Assembly (NCBI GenBank): GCA_031263155.1
Contig: JAISGK010000102.1
Coordinates: 7,028-71,027 of the forward strand
Length of the DNA: 64,000 bases
From: Clostridiales bacterium
GTDB taxonomy: Bacteria > Bacillota > Clostridia > Lachnospirales > WQUN01
Direction: 5' to 3'
The notes beneath the pieces were generated by a model, which did not search any database, was not told the DNA's origin, and saw only the letters and a program-made list of their open reading frames with translations. The position numbers were made by a program, and so were the translations under genes. Within the stretch, counting starts at the first letter, position 1, and the number at the start of each line of letters is the position of its first letter. Shown one piece after another: positions 1 to 8,640 of the stretch.

Positions 1-330
1 GCTGTAGCGCGCGGAGATGAGATTATTATACCGCCGCTCGTCCACTATGAGATAAGGCGCGGGTTCCTCTGCAAGTCTGTACCAAAGAGGGAGAACTCGT
101 ATTACATCCTTACCGAGCGATGCCCTGTCGGTGAAGTGAGCGCGAAATCATTAGAACTAGGAGCCCGTATCTATGCAGACCTTTACAAAGCAAAGAGAAC
201 GGTAGCGGACATGGATTTGCTCATCGCCGCGTTCTGCATAGCTGGCGGGTGCACGCTTGTCACAGGCAATGTCCGGCACTTCGAGGTTATCAATGGTCTG
301 ATGTTTGAGGATTGGGCCGCCGGATCATGA
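1..330 (+). CDS. PIN-domain toxin (VapC-like), 5'-truncated by the window edge
   Basis: Frame 1 is open from nt 1 (AVARGDEIIIPPLVHYEIRRGF...), so the 64-aa track ORF is the tail of a longer protein. The C-terminal DMDLLIAAFCIAGGCTLVTGNVRHF resembles the last acidic-residue region of VapC-type PIN domains. Confidence 0.6.
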   Translation, partial: AVARGDEIIIPPLVHYEIRRGFLCKSVPKRENSYYILTERCPVGEVSAKSLELGARIYADLYKAKRTVADMDLLIAAFCIAGGCTLVTGNVRHFEVINGLMFEDWAAGS

Positions 331-352
331 CCACCAGTTAGGCTGGTGGTCA
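328..352 (+). terminator. Hairpin overlapping the VapC stop codon (possible terminator)
   Basis: tgaccaccag-ttagg-ctggtggtca forms a perfect 10-bp stem with a 5-nt loop. No clear T-tract follows, so function is uncertain. Confidence 0.3.
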
Positions 353-463
353 TGATTGAGATAAGATTGGAAGGTAAGTTACACAGGGGGGCTTTTTGCT
401 CCCTTTATTTTCTATCCTCCCGTAAGCATTGGCTTCCCAAGTGTAAATATAAAAAGAAAAGAG

Positions 464-1333
464 ATGAATACCATATTGTATAAAATGGCCTTACTTGACA
501 TAGACGGAACACTGGTAACTACATGGAAATCCATCACCAAACAGACAAAAAATGTAATAAAACGTATATCAGACAATGGGGTTATTATTTGCCTCTGCAC
601 CGGACGCAATGTGAACTCCACCATACCCGTGCATCGAGCCCTGCGCCTTTCTACCCCGTGTATGTGCGTAGACGGTATGGTCATGTACGATGTCGCCCGG
701 CGAAGCGCAATTTTCGAAAACGCCCTGCCCCACGGCGTAATGTCTGACGTGCTTGACATTGTCGCCCAATACGACGTTAATGTAGAGGTCATCACAGACA
801 AGCGATATTATTGGTACGTAAAAAACAAGAACATTCGCGGCTATGATTTCTACACGCAAGACAACAATTCACTATTGATAAAACTTGGATCCATTCCCTA
901 CAAAATATGGTTTGGAGTGCGCAACATTAAAAATCTACAACTTGTTAAAACTAAGGGAGAGAAGATCTATGAGGTGGTCGCCATAGGCGCTCCGGATCAA
1001 ACCGACGCCGTAAAGGCCGCTTTGGGCGGTATCACCACAACGCATGGCTGCGAGGTGCTCACACGCCTGTTGTGGTCCAATCAATTGTTTATAACGGCTA
1101 AAGACGTGGGCAAGTCGCACGGACTCAGGATATTGTGTGAACATTTCAACATAAAGCCAAGTGAGGTCGTTGCAATCGGTGACGACGACAATGACATAGA
1201 CATGCTAAAATCCGCCGGCATGGGCGTGGCGATGGGTAACGCGTCTGACGCTGTCAAAAACTCGGCGGATTTTGTAACCAGAACCAACAACAATGAGGGC
1301 GCGGCTTTTGCCCTTGAGGAGTTCTTTTTATGA
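464..1333 (+). CDS. Cof-type HAD-IIB family phosphatase/hydrolase
   Basis: 289-aa ORF with an N-terminal DxDGT motif (LLDIDGTLV) and C-terminal GDDDNDIDML...GVAMGNA. The stop overlaps the next start (ATGA at 1330-1333). Confidence 0.85.
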   Translation: MNTILYKMALLDIDGTLVTTWKSITKQTKNVIKRISDNGVIICLCTGRNVNSTIPVHRALRLSTPCMCVDGMVMYDVARRSAIFENALPHGVMSDVLDIVAQYDVNVEVITDKRYYWYVKNKNIRGYDFYTQDNNSLLIKLGSIPYKIWFGVRNIKNLQLVKTKGEKIYEVVAIGAPDQTDAVKAALGGITTTHGCEVLTRLLWSNQLFITAKDVGKSHGLRILCEHFNIKPSEVVAIGDDDNDIDMLKSAGMGVAMGNASDAVKNSADFVTRTNNNEGAAFALEEFFL

Positions 1334-2034
1334 GCGCGTTTGTAACTTTGCAACATGTGTTTAAAAGGTACCAAATGGGCGAGGTCACAGTCGCCGCGCT
1401 AAACGATGCCTCGTTCGAGATACGACGGGGTGAGTTCGCCGTTATTGTCGGGGCAAGCGGTGCGGGCAAATCAACCGTGCTTAACATTTTGGGCGGTATG
1501 GATACCTCTGACGAGGGACAGATTATCGTTGACGGGCAAAACGTGCATGAGTATGGGCGCAAACAGCTAATTACATATAGACGTTACGACATAGGCTTTG
1601 TATTTCAATTTTACAATCTCATGCATAATTTGACCGCGCTGGAAAATGTTGAACTCGCTACCCAGGTGAGCCGAGACCCTTTAGATCCCGAAGCGGTGAT
1701 GCGGAAGGTGGGGCTGGAACAACGGCTAAAAAACTTTCCATCCCAGTTGTCGGGAGGAGAGCAGCAGCGCGTCAGTATCGCGCGCGCGCTGGCAAAAAAT
1801 CCAAAACTTTTGCTGTGCGATGAGCCGACCGGCGCTCTGGATTACGTGACGGGCAAGGAAGTGTTAAAACTACTGCAAGACACGTGCCGTAGCGAGGGTA
1901 TGACCGTCGTCGTTATAACACATAACCTGGCCATAACCCCCATGGCGGACCGAATTATCAAAATGCGCAACGGGCAGGTCAGCGAGGTGTCTGTTAATCA
2001 AAAGATTATACCTGTAGAAGAAATAGAATGGTAG
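1330..2034 (+). CDS. ABC transporter ATP-binding protein (MacB/LolD-like)
   Basis: Walker [10 protein letters not shown], signature LSGGEQQR, Walker [10 protein letters not shown]-loop ITHN. Confidence 0.9.
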   Translation: MSAFVTLQHVFKRYQMGEVTVAALNDASFEIRRGEFAVIVGASGAGKSTVLNILGGMDTSDEGQIIVDGQNVHEYGRKQLITYRRYDIGFVFQFYNLMHNLTALENVELATQVSRDPLDPEAVMRKVGLEQRLKNFPSQLSGGEQQRVSIARALAKNPKLLLCDEPTGALDYVTGKEVLKLLQDTCRSEGMTVVVITHNLAITPMADRIIKMRNGQVSEVSVNQKIIPVEEIEW

Positions 2035-2090
2035 GTCTACTACGATATTATTTATTGCCATGACGGGAAAAGAGGCGAAAGTGTTGCCAT

Positions 2091-4850
2091 ATGAACGCGT
2101 TTAACAAAGATGTCTTTAGGGAAATAAAAAATACGTTCGGCAGATTCTTGGGCATCGCTATTATCGTCGCCTTGGGCGTATCCTTTTTTTCTGGCCTGGG
2201 GGCGACAGGCGCCGACATGAAGTTGACAGGCGATATGTACTTTGACGAACACAACTTAATGGACATACGCGTCATCAGCACCGTTGGCATAACAGACGAC
2301 GATTTGGAAGCGATTGCCCAGGTGCCCAGGGTCGAAAGCGTACATGGCTCTTATAGCATAGATACAGCGTGGGAGTACAACGGTGAAGCGTATGTAATAA
2401 AATTGCATAGCATAAGCGAAGTAAACACACCCGAATTAATCAGCGGTCGTTTACCTTCGCGCCCCGGCGAGATTTTCGTAGAGAACGAGCTGTCGCAATT
2501 GCTTGGCAAAACAATAAAGTTAACCAGCGGGAGGGATTCCGATTTACGTAACAGTTTGCGAACGAATCTGTTTCGTGTAGTCGGTGTCGCTAAATCTCCC
2601 TACTATGCTTCACTAGAGCGCGGCAGCGGCTCTATCGGCAATGGAACGGTAGATTTTTACGCGTATGTGACGCCCCAGAATTTTCTGCAAACCTATTACA
2701 GTGAGGCGTTTGTTCAAGTTAGAGGTCTTAAGGGCCTTATGAGCTTTTATGACGAATATACTGATAAAGTAGACGAGGTGGCCGACGCAATAGAGGCGGT
2801 GGGAGACTCGCGTATCGTCAAGCGGTACCACGAGATAACCAACGCGGCGTACAATAACATAGTAAACGCGGAAACTGGCTTGAATTTGCAAGAAGCGGCC
2901 ATGTCGGAAAGCTTTATTAACCAGGAAGCCTTGCTTACCTCTCAGTTAGTCGAGCTAAACCAAAGCTCTCAATCGGCTGATTCTTCGTCAACGACCGATA
3001 TATACGCCTCGCAACCGAGCGTAATAATAGAATCGCTTGATATTTCCGCGCAGCGGCTCGCGCTGGAGTCGGCCCTGATGGAACTTGCTAACGCGCGCGC
3101 GCAAGCAATGGATGAAATAAATGAGCAACGTGACGCGCTAGATGTCGCCCGCGCCAGATTGGACGATATTGAGCTGCCAGAATGGTATGTGCTGGACAGG
3201 GACAGCAACCCCGGTTACGCGAGCTACGCTCAAGATACCGATAAAATAGCGGCCATTGGCAATGTATTTCCCTTGTTGTTTTTCCTTGTTGCGGCACTGG
3301 TCAGCCTTACGACTATGACACGCCTTGTGGAAGAGCGCCGCGTCGAAATAGGCGCCCTTAAATCCCTTGGATACAGAAATGGTACAATTATATCAAAATA
3401 TTTGTTTTACGCCGGCGCGCCCTCGCTGGTGGGCGGTTTGCTTGGCGGGCGCGTAGGCATGGTTATATACCCAAAGCTGGTAACAACAATGTACTCTAGC
3501 CTATACTCCCTGCCGCCCACTGTCACCCCGATTAATTACACATATTGGTTTATCGGAACCGGCATAGCATCCTTTTTCACAGTTTTTGCCGCAGTATTCT
3601 CCTGTGTTCGCGAACTGAGCGAAACTCCCGCTTCTCTCATGCGTCCAAAGCCGCCTCAGGCGGGCAAGCGCACCGTGCTTGAATATGTGGGGTTTATATG
3701 GAAACGCCTTACGTTTACACACAAAGTCACCATGCGTAATATCACGCGCTACAAGAAACGTTTCTTCATGACCGTAATAGGCATAGGGGGTTGCACCGCG
3801 CTTCTGTTGACCGCGTTTGGCCTGCGCGACTCCATAACCGCGCTAATGTCGTTGCAATATGGCGAGATATGCCACTACGACATGTCTGTAGCCTTTTCAG
3901 ACACGGCTAAAGAGCGTGACCTCACCAACGTAGGCGACATATTGCAGGAAGAGCGCGTGGAGGGTTTTGTCAAGCTAAAACAAAAAAATGTGGACTCCTA
4001 CGATCCCGCCGGGCTTTACACCACCCGCCAGGCTTCACTGGTGGTACCCGAAACAACGGAAGAATTTGACAGGTACATCATCTTTCGCGATCGCAGAACA
4101 CACGCGCAATACGATTTTAGCAACCAGGGCGTGGTAATCACAGAGCGTTTGTCCCAATTGCTTGGCGTGTCTGTCGGCGACGACATAACGATAAAAGAGG
4201 ATGGGTACCCAGCTGTTGATGTCGCTGTGGCCGCTATAGCCGAAAATTATTTTCTGCACAATATTTATATGACGCCCGATATGTACCAAACGCTCTTTAA
4301 CGAAGAGCCAGAATATAACTCCATGCTCGTACTGCTGGGCGAAAGAGAGTCCACCACCATGGCCAATGAGATATTGGATCAAACAGGCGTGTCGTCCCTT
4401 ACCTTCACGTATGCTACCGAGGGTACATTTGGAGATATGATCAAGAGCCTTAACCTGGTGGTGCTTGTGCTGATAGTGTCGGCGGGGGCGTTGGCGTTCG
4501 TGGTGCTGCTCAACCTCAGTTCCATAAACATATCCGAACGGGAAAGAGAGCTTGCGACTATAGAAGTGCTTGGATTTTATGATAACGAGGTTTCAGCGTA
4601 TGTGTTTCGCGAATCCACGGTGTTAACGGCGATAGGCGCGTTGGCGGGGCTTGCGATGGGGATAGGGTTGCATAGATTTGTTCTCATGACGGCGGAAACA
4701 GATCTCGTGATGTTTAGCCGCCACATAAATTTCATCAGCTTTGTATATTCAATCATATTAACTGTGTTCTTTTCTGTAAGCGCCAACCTGTTTGCCGCGC
4801 GCAAGCTCAAACAAATAAAAATGGTAGAAGCGTTAAAAAGTGTGGAATAG
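2091..4850 (+). CDS. FtsX-family ABC permease with two FtsX modules and a large extracytoplasmic coiled-coil region
   Basis: 919 aa. FtsX-like TM bundles lie at about aa 385-520 and 790-919 (…RRVEIGALKSLGY… and …ERELATIEVLGFY…), separated by long soluble segments. Confidence 0.85.
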   Translation: MNAFNKDVFREIKNTFGRFLGIAIIVALGVSFFSGLGATGADMKLTGDMYFDEHNLMDIRVISTVGITDDDLEAIAQVPRVESVHGSYSIDTAWEYNGEAYVIKLHSISEVNTPELISGRLPSRPGEIFVENELSQLLGKTIKLTSGRDSDLRNSLRTNLFRVVGVAKSPYYASLERGSGSIGNGTVDFYAYVTPQNFLQTYYSEAFVQVRGLKGLMSFYDEYTDKVDEVADAIEAVGDSRIVKRYHEITNAAYNNIVNAETGLNLQEAAMSESFINQEALLTSQLVELNQSSQSADSSSTTDIYASQPSVIIESLDISAQRLALESALMELANARAQAMDEINEQRDALDVARARLDDIELPEWYVLDRDSNPGYASYAQDTDKIAAIGNVFPLLFFLVAALVSLTTMTRLVEERRVEIGALKSLGYRNGTIISKYLFYAGAPSLVGGLLGGRVGMVIYPKLVTTMYSSLYSLPPTVTPINYTYWFIGTGIASFFTVFAAVFSCVRELSETPASLMRPKPPQAGKRTVLEYVGFIWKRLTFTHKVTMRNITRYKKRFFMTVIGIGGCTALLLTAFGLRDSITALMSLQYGEICHYDMSVAFSDTAKERDLTNVGDILQEERVEGFVKLKQKNVDSYDPAGLYTTRQASLVVPETTEEFDRYIIFRDRRTHAQYDFSNQGVVITERLSQLLGVSVGDDITIKEDGYPAVDVAVAAIAENYFLHNIYMTPDMYQTLFNEEPEYNSMLVLLGERESTTMANEILDQTGVSSLTFTYATEGTFGDMIKSLNLVVLVLIVSAGALAFVVLLNLSSINISERERELATIEVLGFYDNEVSAYVFRESTVLTAIGALAGLAMGIGLHRFVLMTAETDLVMFSRHINFISFVYSIILTVFFSVSANLFAARKLKQIKMVEALKSVE

Positions 4851-4859
4851 GAGAAGGAA

Positions 4860-6452
4860 ATGCGTATTCAAAACAAGGCCTTAAAAATAACGATAAGGAT
4901 ACTTATTATTTTACTTATAACCGCTTCTGCGCTGGCTATTGCCGGCTACACATTCTTGAGCAGGTACAAGCCGTTCGATCCAGAAACCGCCTTTACGTTT
5001 CATACCGTGTCTTATGATGACGTAACCAAGAGCGTATTGACCACGGGGCATATCAAGCCTTCTGAAACGATATACGTATCAGTGGAAACGGCGCAAAAAG
5101 TTAGCCAGGTATTGGTGAAAGAGGGCGATCCGGTTAAACAGGGTGACGTTCTCATTACCTACGATGTGGCAAAAGACAGGCAAGACATAGAACGTAAAAT
5201 CGCTACGGCGCGACTCAATATAGAAAATGGCAGACTGAACCTGAACGCGCTTACACTGCCTGCGGAGGGTAATGAGCTTTTACAGTATTCTGGCGAGATA
5301 ACAGCGGCGGAATACAATGTAAGCCAAGCCGACAACACGATCAACAGCCTGGATAACAAGGCCTCGCAAGCGCAAAAGCAGGTTGACCAAGCTCAAAGGC
5401 AGATAGAACAGCAGCAAAATATAATAGACCAGCAGCAACAAGCCGTGGATCGCGCCAGCGATGAGGCGGAACGCGCAAAGGCGTTATATGACGTCGAGGC
5501 CCTGCCCTGGGTCACATATGATGAAACGCTTAAAGCGCTGGAGGCCGCGCAATTGCAACTTAACGCGGCGCAATTGCAAAAAAGCGGCGCGGAGACAGCG
5601 CTGGAAAGCGCGATGTTAACACTTGACGAGCTTGCCATAAGCCGTGAATCTGCCCTTAAAACGCTGGAGACAGGGCAAAAGCAGCTGGGCGACGCGCAAG
5701 AAGCCCTAAACAACGCGCTTAACCGCGCGAGCACCGACGCGGTATCCATCAAGTACAAACAGCAGGAGATTGGTATACAATTGATAGAGCAGCAGATAAC
5801 GCAGTACGAAGTGGACCTCGCTTTGTATACGGATCAATCTGTAGCGTCGGCGGATGGCATAATCAGCAAGGTAAACATAAAGGATGGCGCGACCGCAAGC
5901 AAAGGGGCCTCGCTGATAGAGCTGGATGTGGTTAATGAAACACTGGCGGAGGCCGAGGTAACAGAATTTGACGCGCCCCTGTTATCGCTGGGGATGGATG
6001 CGGACATCGTAACCAGCGGGCTTCCTGACAGTGTGTTTAAAGGTACAATAACAAAAATCGCGGCGGGCGCGATAACAAAAGAGAAGGCAAGCGGCGACGA
6101 GGTAGTGGTGCCGGTAAGGTTCACGCTGGTCGATACACAGCATAAACTTAAGGTTGGATACAGCGTCGATATAGAGATTTACACAGAGCGCAGAGATAAC
6201 GTGCTTTGTGTTCCCGCCCAAACACTCTTTGCGGAAGGTGACACGCAAAGCGTGTTTGTGTACGACGGCGAAACTTTGGCAAAAGCGCCTGTGACAGTCG
6301 GCTTTTACGGCGATGCCAACGTAGAGATAATAAATGGCGTTGCGCCAAGCGACCGCATTGTAACAAACCCCTCCGGCGCGGCAAGCCGCACGGGCAACTG
6401 GTTTACCGACGGGCTGGACACCGTGTATGGGTTTTTAAAACAACGATTCTAA
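4860..6452 (+). CDS. HlyD/MacA-family membrane-fusion (adaptor) protein
   Basis: 530 aa with an N-terminal TM anchor, a long Q/A-rich coiled coil (QAQKQVDQAQRQIEQQQNIIDQQQQ) and a C-terminal beta-rich region. It starts 9 nt after the permease stop. Confidence 0.8.
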   Translation: MRIQNKALKITIRILIILLITASALAIAGYTFLSRYKPFDPETAFTFHTVSYDDVTKSVLTTGHIKPSETIYVSVETAQKVSQVLVKEGDPVKQGDVLITYDVAKDRQDIERKIATARLNIENGRLNLNALTLPAEGNELLQYSGEITAAEYNVSQADNTINSLDNKASQAQKQVDQAQRQIEQQQNIIDQQQQAVDRASDEAERAKALYDVEALPWVTYDETLKALEAAQLQLNAAQLQKSGAETALESAMLTLDELAISRESALKTLETGQKQLGDAQEALNNALNRASTDAVSIKYKQQEIGIQLIEQQITQYEVDLALYTDQSVASADGIISKVNIKDGATASKGASLIELDVVNETLAEAEVTEFDAPLLSLGMDADIVTSGLPDSVFKGTITKIAAGAITKEKASGDEVVVPVRFTLVDTQHKLKVGYSVDIEIYTERRDNVLCVPAQTLFAEGDTQSVFVYDGETLAKAPVTVGFYGDANVEIINGVAPSDRIVTNPSGAASRTGNWFTDGLDTVYGFLKQRF

Positions 6453-6463
6453 AGGGTATAATT

Positions 6464-6570
6464 TTACGAAAATAACATCAAAAATAATATCAGCCGCTCT
6501 CGTTCGCCATCAAGCGCGTCAAGGGGGCTAACCAAGCAAAGCCTCAAACAGTAGGTGTTGGGGCTTTGTT
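6464..6570 (-). pseudogene. Decayed 3'-end fragment of a radical SAM/SPASM gene (fifth-paralogue remnant)
   Basis: The reverse strand reads ...QSPNTYCLRLCLVSPLDALDGERERLILFLMLFS*. The intact gene at 7498-8514 ends ...LPKCENCCAPDDCSSPLDVLDGERERLINLFS*. Over the 39 nt encoding PLD.LDGERERLI there are 6 differences. No start codon or upstream body is present. Confidence 0.55.
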
Positions 6571-6580
6571 CTATTCCCCA

Positions 6581-6614
6581 ATTAAAATAACAAGGGCCAA
6601 CCATAGGGTCAGCC
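6581..6614 (-). terminator. Candidate intrinsic terminator of the PIN cassette
   Basis: The minus-strand RNA ggcugacc-cuau-gguuggcc forms an 8-bp stem (including 2 G-U pairs) followed by cuuguuauuuuaauu. It lies 27 nt after the stop at 6642. Confidence 0.35.
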
Positions 6615-6641
6615 TTTATCCGGCAAAATCATTTGCGAGCA

Positions 6642-6872
6642 TTACATTGACGCTATTTTGTTCGCCAGTTCTTCGTCCTGTTGCTTTTTCCATGCCAAGC
6701 GTTTTAGCATTTCTTCTTCCGTTACATAACGTACCCCTGCGGCTTCTCTTTCACGTTGTTTAGAATCAATGTATGCATCAAGTTTCCTGATGTCGCCACC
6801 GAAATCGGCGAGAAGTTCCTTACGGTTACGGCGTACTTCCGCAACGATCGGGTCGTAAAATGCGTTATTCAT
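6642..6872 (-). CDS. Small helical partner protein of the PIN toxin (putative antitoxin), 76 aa
   Basis: I place the start at ATG 6872 (MNNAFYDPIVAEVRRNRKELL...), which overlaps the PIN stop by 8 nt (tATGAATAA). The protein is charged and helical-looking, with no recognisable catalytic motif. Confidence 0.55.
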   Translation of the reverse strand: MNNAFYDPIVAEVRRNRKELLADFGGDIRKLDAYIDSKQREREAAGVRYVTEEEMLKRLAWKKQQDEELANKIASM

Positions 6873-7359
6873 AAGAACCCTCCTCATTATTTTTCTCAAT
6901 AAGGTCAAATGGCGTCAGCATCTCCGGCGTTGACAGTCCATGCTTATCATTGTGTTTTTGGGCGATTAACATGCTTCGAGTGCCTAAGTGCTTAAAGTTC
7001 CAACTGAGCAGGAAGTCTATGCCATAAATACAACATATAGCAAGATGCCGGGCGTCAATTGCGGAATCCTTTGGAATGGACAACAACTGCATATAAATCT
7101 CCGCGAGAGGCTCAATTTTGGGAGTTTTCTTTAAGGTCTCAATGCCATTTAGCCATTCCAAGCGTCTTTTTGCGGCGGCTTCGTCGCCCTTCTCACATTC
7201 TTCATAAACATAATCTGACACAAAGAGGTCATATTTATGCCGTAAAGATTCAAAGAACTCATGAGTTGCTGATTGCTTAATGGCAATGACAGGGTTGCTA
7301 CTGGTACGAGCCGCCAAATAGCTGGGGATTGTGGTTTCAAGGTATAAGCTAGGATTCAT
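6865..7359 (-). CDS. PIN-like domain protein (putative toxin), 164 aa
   Basis: Acidic residues fall at PIN-like spacing: LYLETTI (N-terminal), VYEECEKGD, DARHLAICC, LLSWNFKH. A GGAGTGGAGG RBS sits upstream of the ATG. Confidence 0.6.
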   Translation of the reverse strand: MNPSLYLETTIPSYLAARTSSNPVIAIKQSATHEFFESLRHKYDLFVSDYVYEECEKGDEAAAKRRLEWLNGIETLKKTPKIEPLAEIYMQLLSIPKDSAIDARHLAICCIYGIDFLLSWNFKHLGTRSMLIAQKHNDKHGLSTPEMLTPFDLIEKNNEEGSYE

Positions 7360-7385
7360 TCTGTTTCCTCCACTCCTATAATAAC

Positions 7386-7414
7386 AGTATACGCTTAAAG
7401 TGCGGCCTTTTCAA
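7386..7414 (-). promoter_or_regulatory. Candidate sigma-A promoter of the PIN cassette
   Basis: On the minus strand: TTGAAA, a 17-nt spacer, then TATACT. The -10 box lies 27 nt upstream of the ATG at 7359. Confidence 0.35.
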
Positions 7415-7497
7415 CCATACCCCCAAGGGCCTCAAGGTGTCGTAAGAGATTGGTATGTGATATCAACTTTGCGGTTAAGGTTCATAGACATTAGATA

Positions 7498-8514
7498 TCA
7501 CGAAAATAAGTTTATCAGTCGCTCGCGTTCACCGTCAAGCACATCAAGGGGACTTGAGCAGTCGTCGGGCGCACAGCAGTTTTCGCATTTGGGGAGAGAT
7601 TTGTAACCGTCTCGCAACTGGGCCAGCCTAAAATCGCGAAGTCTCTCGCCGTTCCAGATCTCGCGCAAGGTAGCGCCGTGAACATTGCCAAGGCTGCACG
7701 CCCTATAAATCGCGTCACAGGGTTGAATGTCGCCGTTGGGCCATATACACATCTGGTAGAACGGGAACGGACACACAAAACGCGGCGAGTGTTCGTTCCC
7801 GTATCTGTCGCGCAATACGGCGTTCTGCTGTACACCAACCGCGTGATACACGGGTTGCACATACTCAACTGACATACGGTCGCACTTGCCGTTAAGCAGT
7901 TTGTAGAATTCAGCCGCCGCGTTCGGGGTTACGCCAACCGGCGGCAGCGCGATGTCCATTATTTTTACAAACAGCCCCATTTCAGGCTTCTTATGCTGAT
8001 AAAAATATGCAAGGTGTTCAAGTAATGTGTCAAAGTCCAGCGCGATGCCGCAAATCCGGCGGTATGTTTCTTTGTCAAGCCCTTGCAGCGATACGCGCAG
8101 ATTGGTGAGTCCTGAATCAATCAGCGCGTCCGAGTATTCGCGCGTAAGCAAGCTCGCGTTGGTGATTATTTCTATACGTTTCGCAATCCCCGCGCTGGCC
8201 GCCATCTTAATCATTTGAGGCAGATCACGGTTTAACAATGGTTCGCCCTGCGACACAAACTGTAAGAGCTTATACGGCGCAAAGTTCGCGCTCTGCTCGA
8301 CGATTAACCTCATTGTGTCAAGGCTCATCATCTCACTCCCTACGCCATAAGTCTGAAACAATTCGCCATCGCTCAAGCTATGCGCGCAGTAACTGCACCG
8401 GAAATTACACGCGTTACTGGGAAATACATACAACGTAAACGGCGATGCCAGCGGCAAACTGCCTGCAAGCGGTACGCGATCAGCTTGCTCGGCGTTGGAT
8501 TTTAGCCGCGTCAT
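7498..8514 (-). CDS. Radical SAM/SPASM-type protein, paralogue D (338 aa)
   Basis: CxxxCxxC in PSNACNFRCSYCAHS; shared motifs GEPLLN, IITNASLLT, LRVSLQG; Cys-rich C-terminus CPFPFYQMCIWPNGDIQPCD...CENCCAPDDC. GGAGG RBS. Confidence 0.85.
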   Translation of the reverse strand: MTRLKSNAEQADRVPLAGSLPLASPFTLYVFPSNACNFRCSYCAHSLSDGELFQTYGVGSEMMSLDTMRLIVEQSANFAPYKLLQFVSQGEPLLNRDLPQMIKMAASAGIAKRIEIITNASLLTREYSDALIDSGLTNLRVSLQGLDKETYRRICGIALDFDTLLEHLAYFYQHKKPEMGLFVKIMDIALPPVGVTPNAAAEFYKLLNGKCDRMSVEYVQPVYHAVGVQQNAVLRDRYGNEHSPRFVCPFPFYQMCIWPNGDIQPCDAIYRACSLGNVHGATLREIWNGERLRDFRLAQLRDGYKSLPKCENCCAPDDCSSPLDVLDGERERLINLFS

Positions 8515-8640
8515 AAAAAACCTCCATTAAATCACGCAGTACAAAACGGTCTTGGCGGCGGTGTACCAGTAATGTCACAAATATGCCTTGTATTCCGAAA
8601 CAAATGATTTGGTTAGCTCTCCCGTAATCTTCTCCCCCAC

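Noticed and set aside
6566-6763. A 65-aa plus-strand ORF overlapping the small partner gene of the PIN cassette.
   Set aside because: It is antisense to a better-supported, translationally coupled ORF. It is hydrophobic/Pro-rich low-complexity sequence with no RBS.
8575-8640. A possible precursor-peptide ORF lies in the 126-bp gap between rSAM paralogues C and D. On the minus strand a GTG directly after the upstream TGA gives VGEKITGELTKSFVSEYKAYL* (21 codons).
   Set aside because: It has no Shine-Dalgarno, a non-ATG start, and no Cys/Ser/Thr-rich core or leader-like features. It is too short to judge. I treat it as chance, but a homology check in related loci would settle it.
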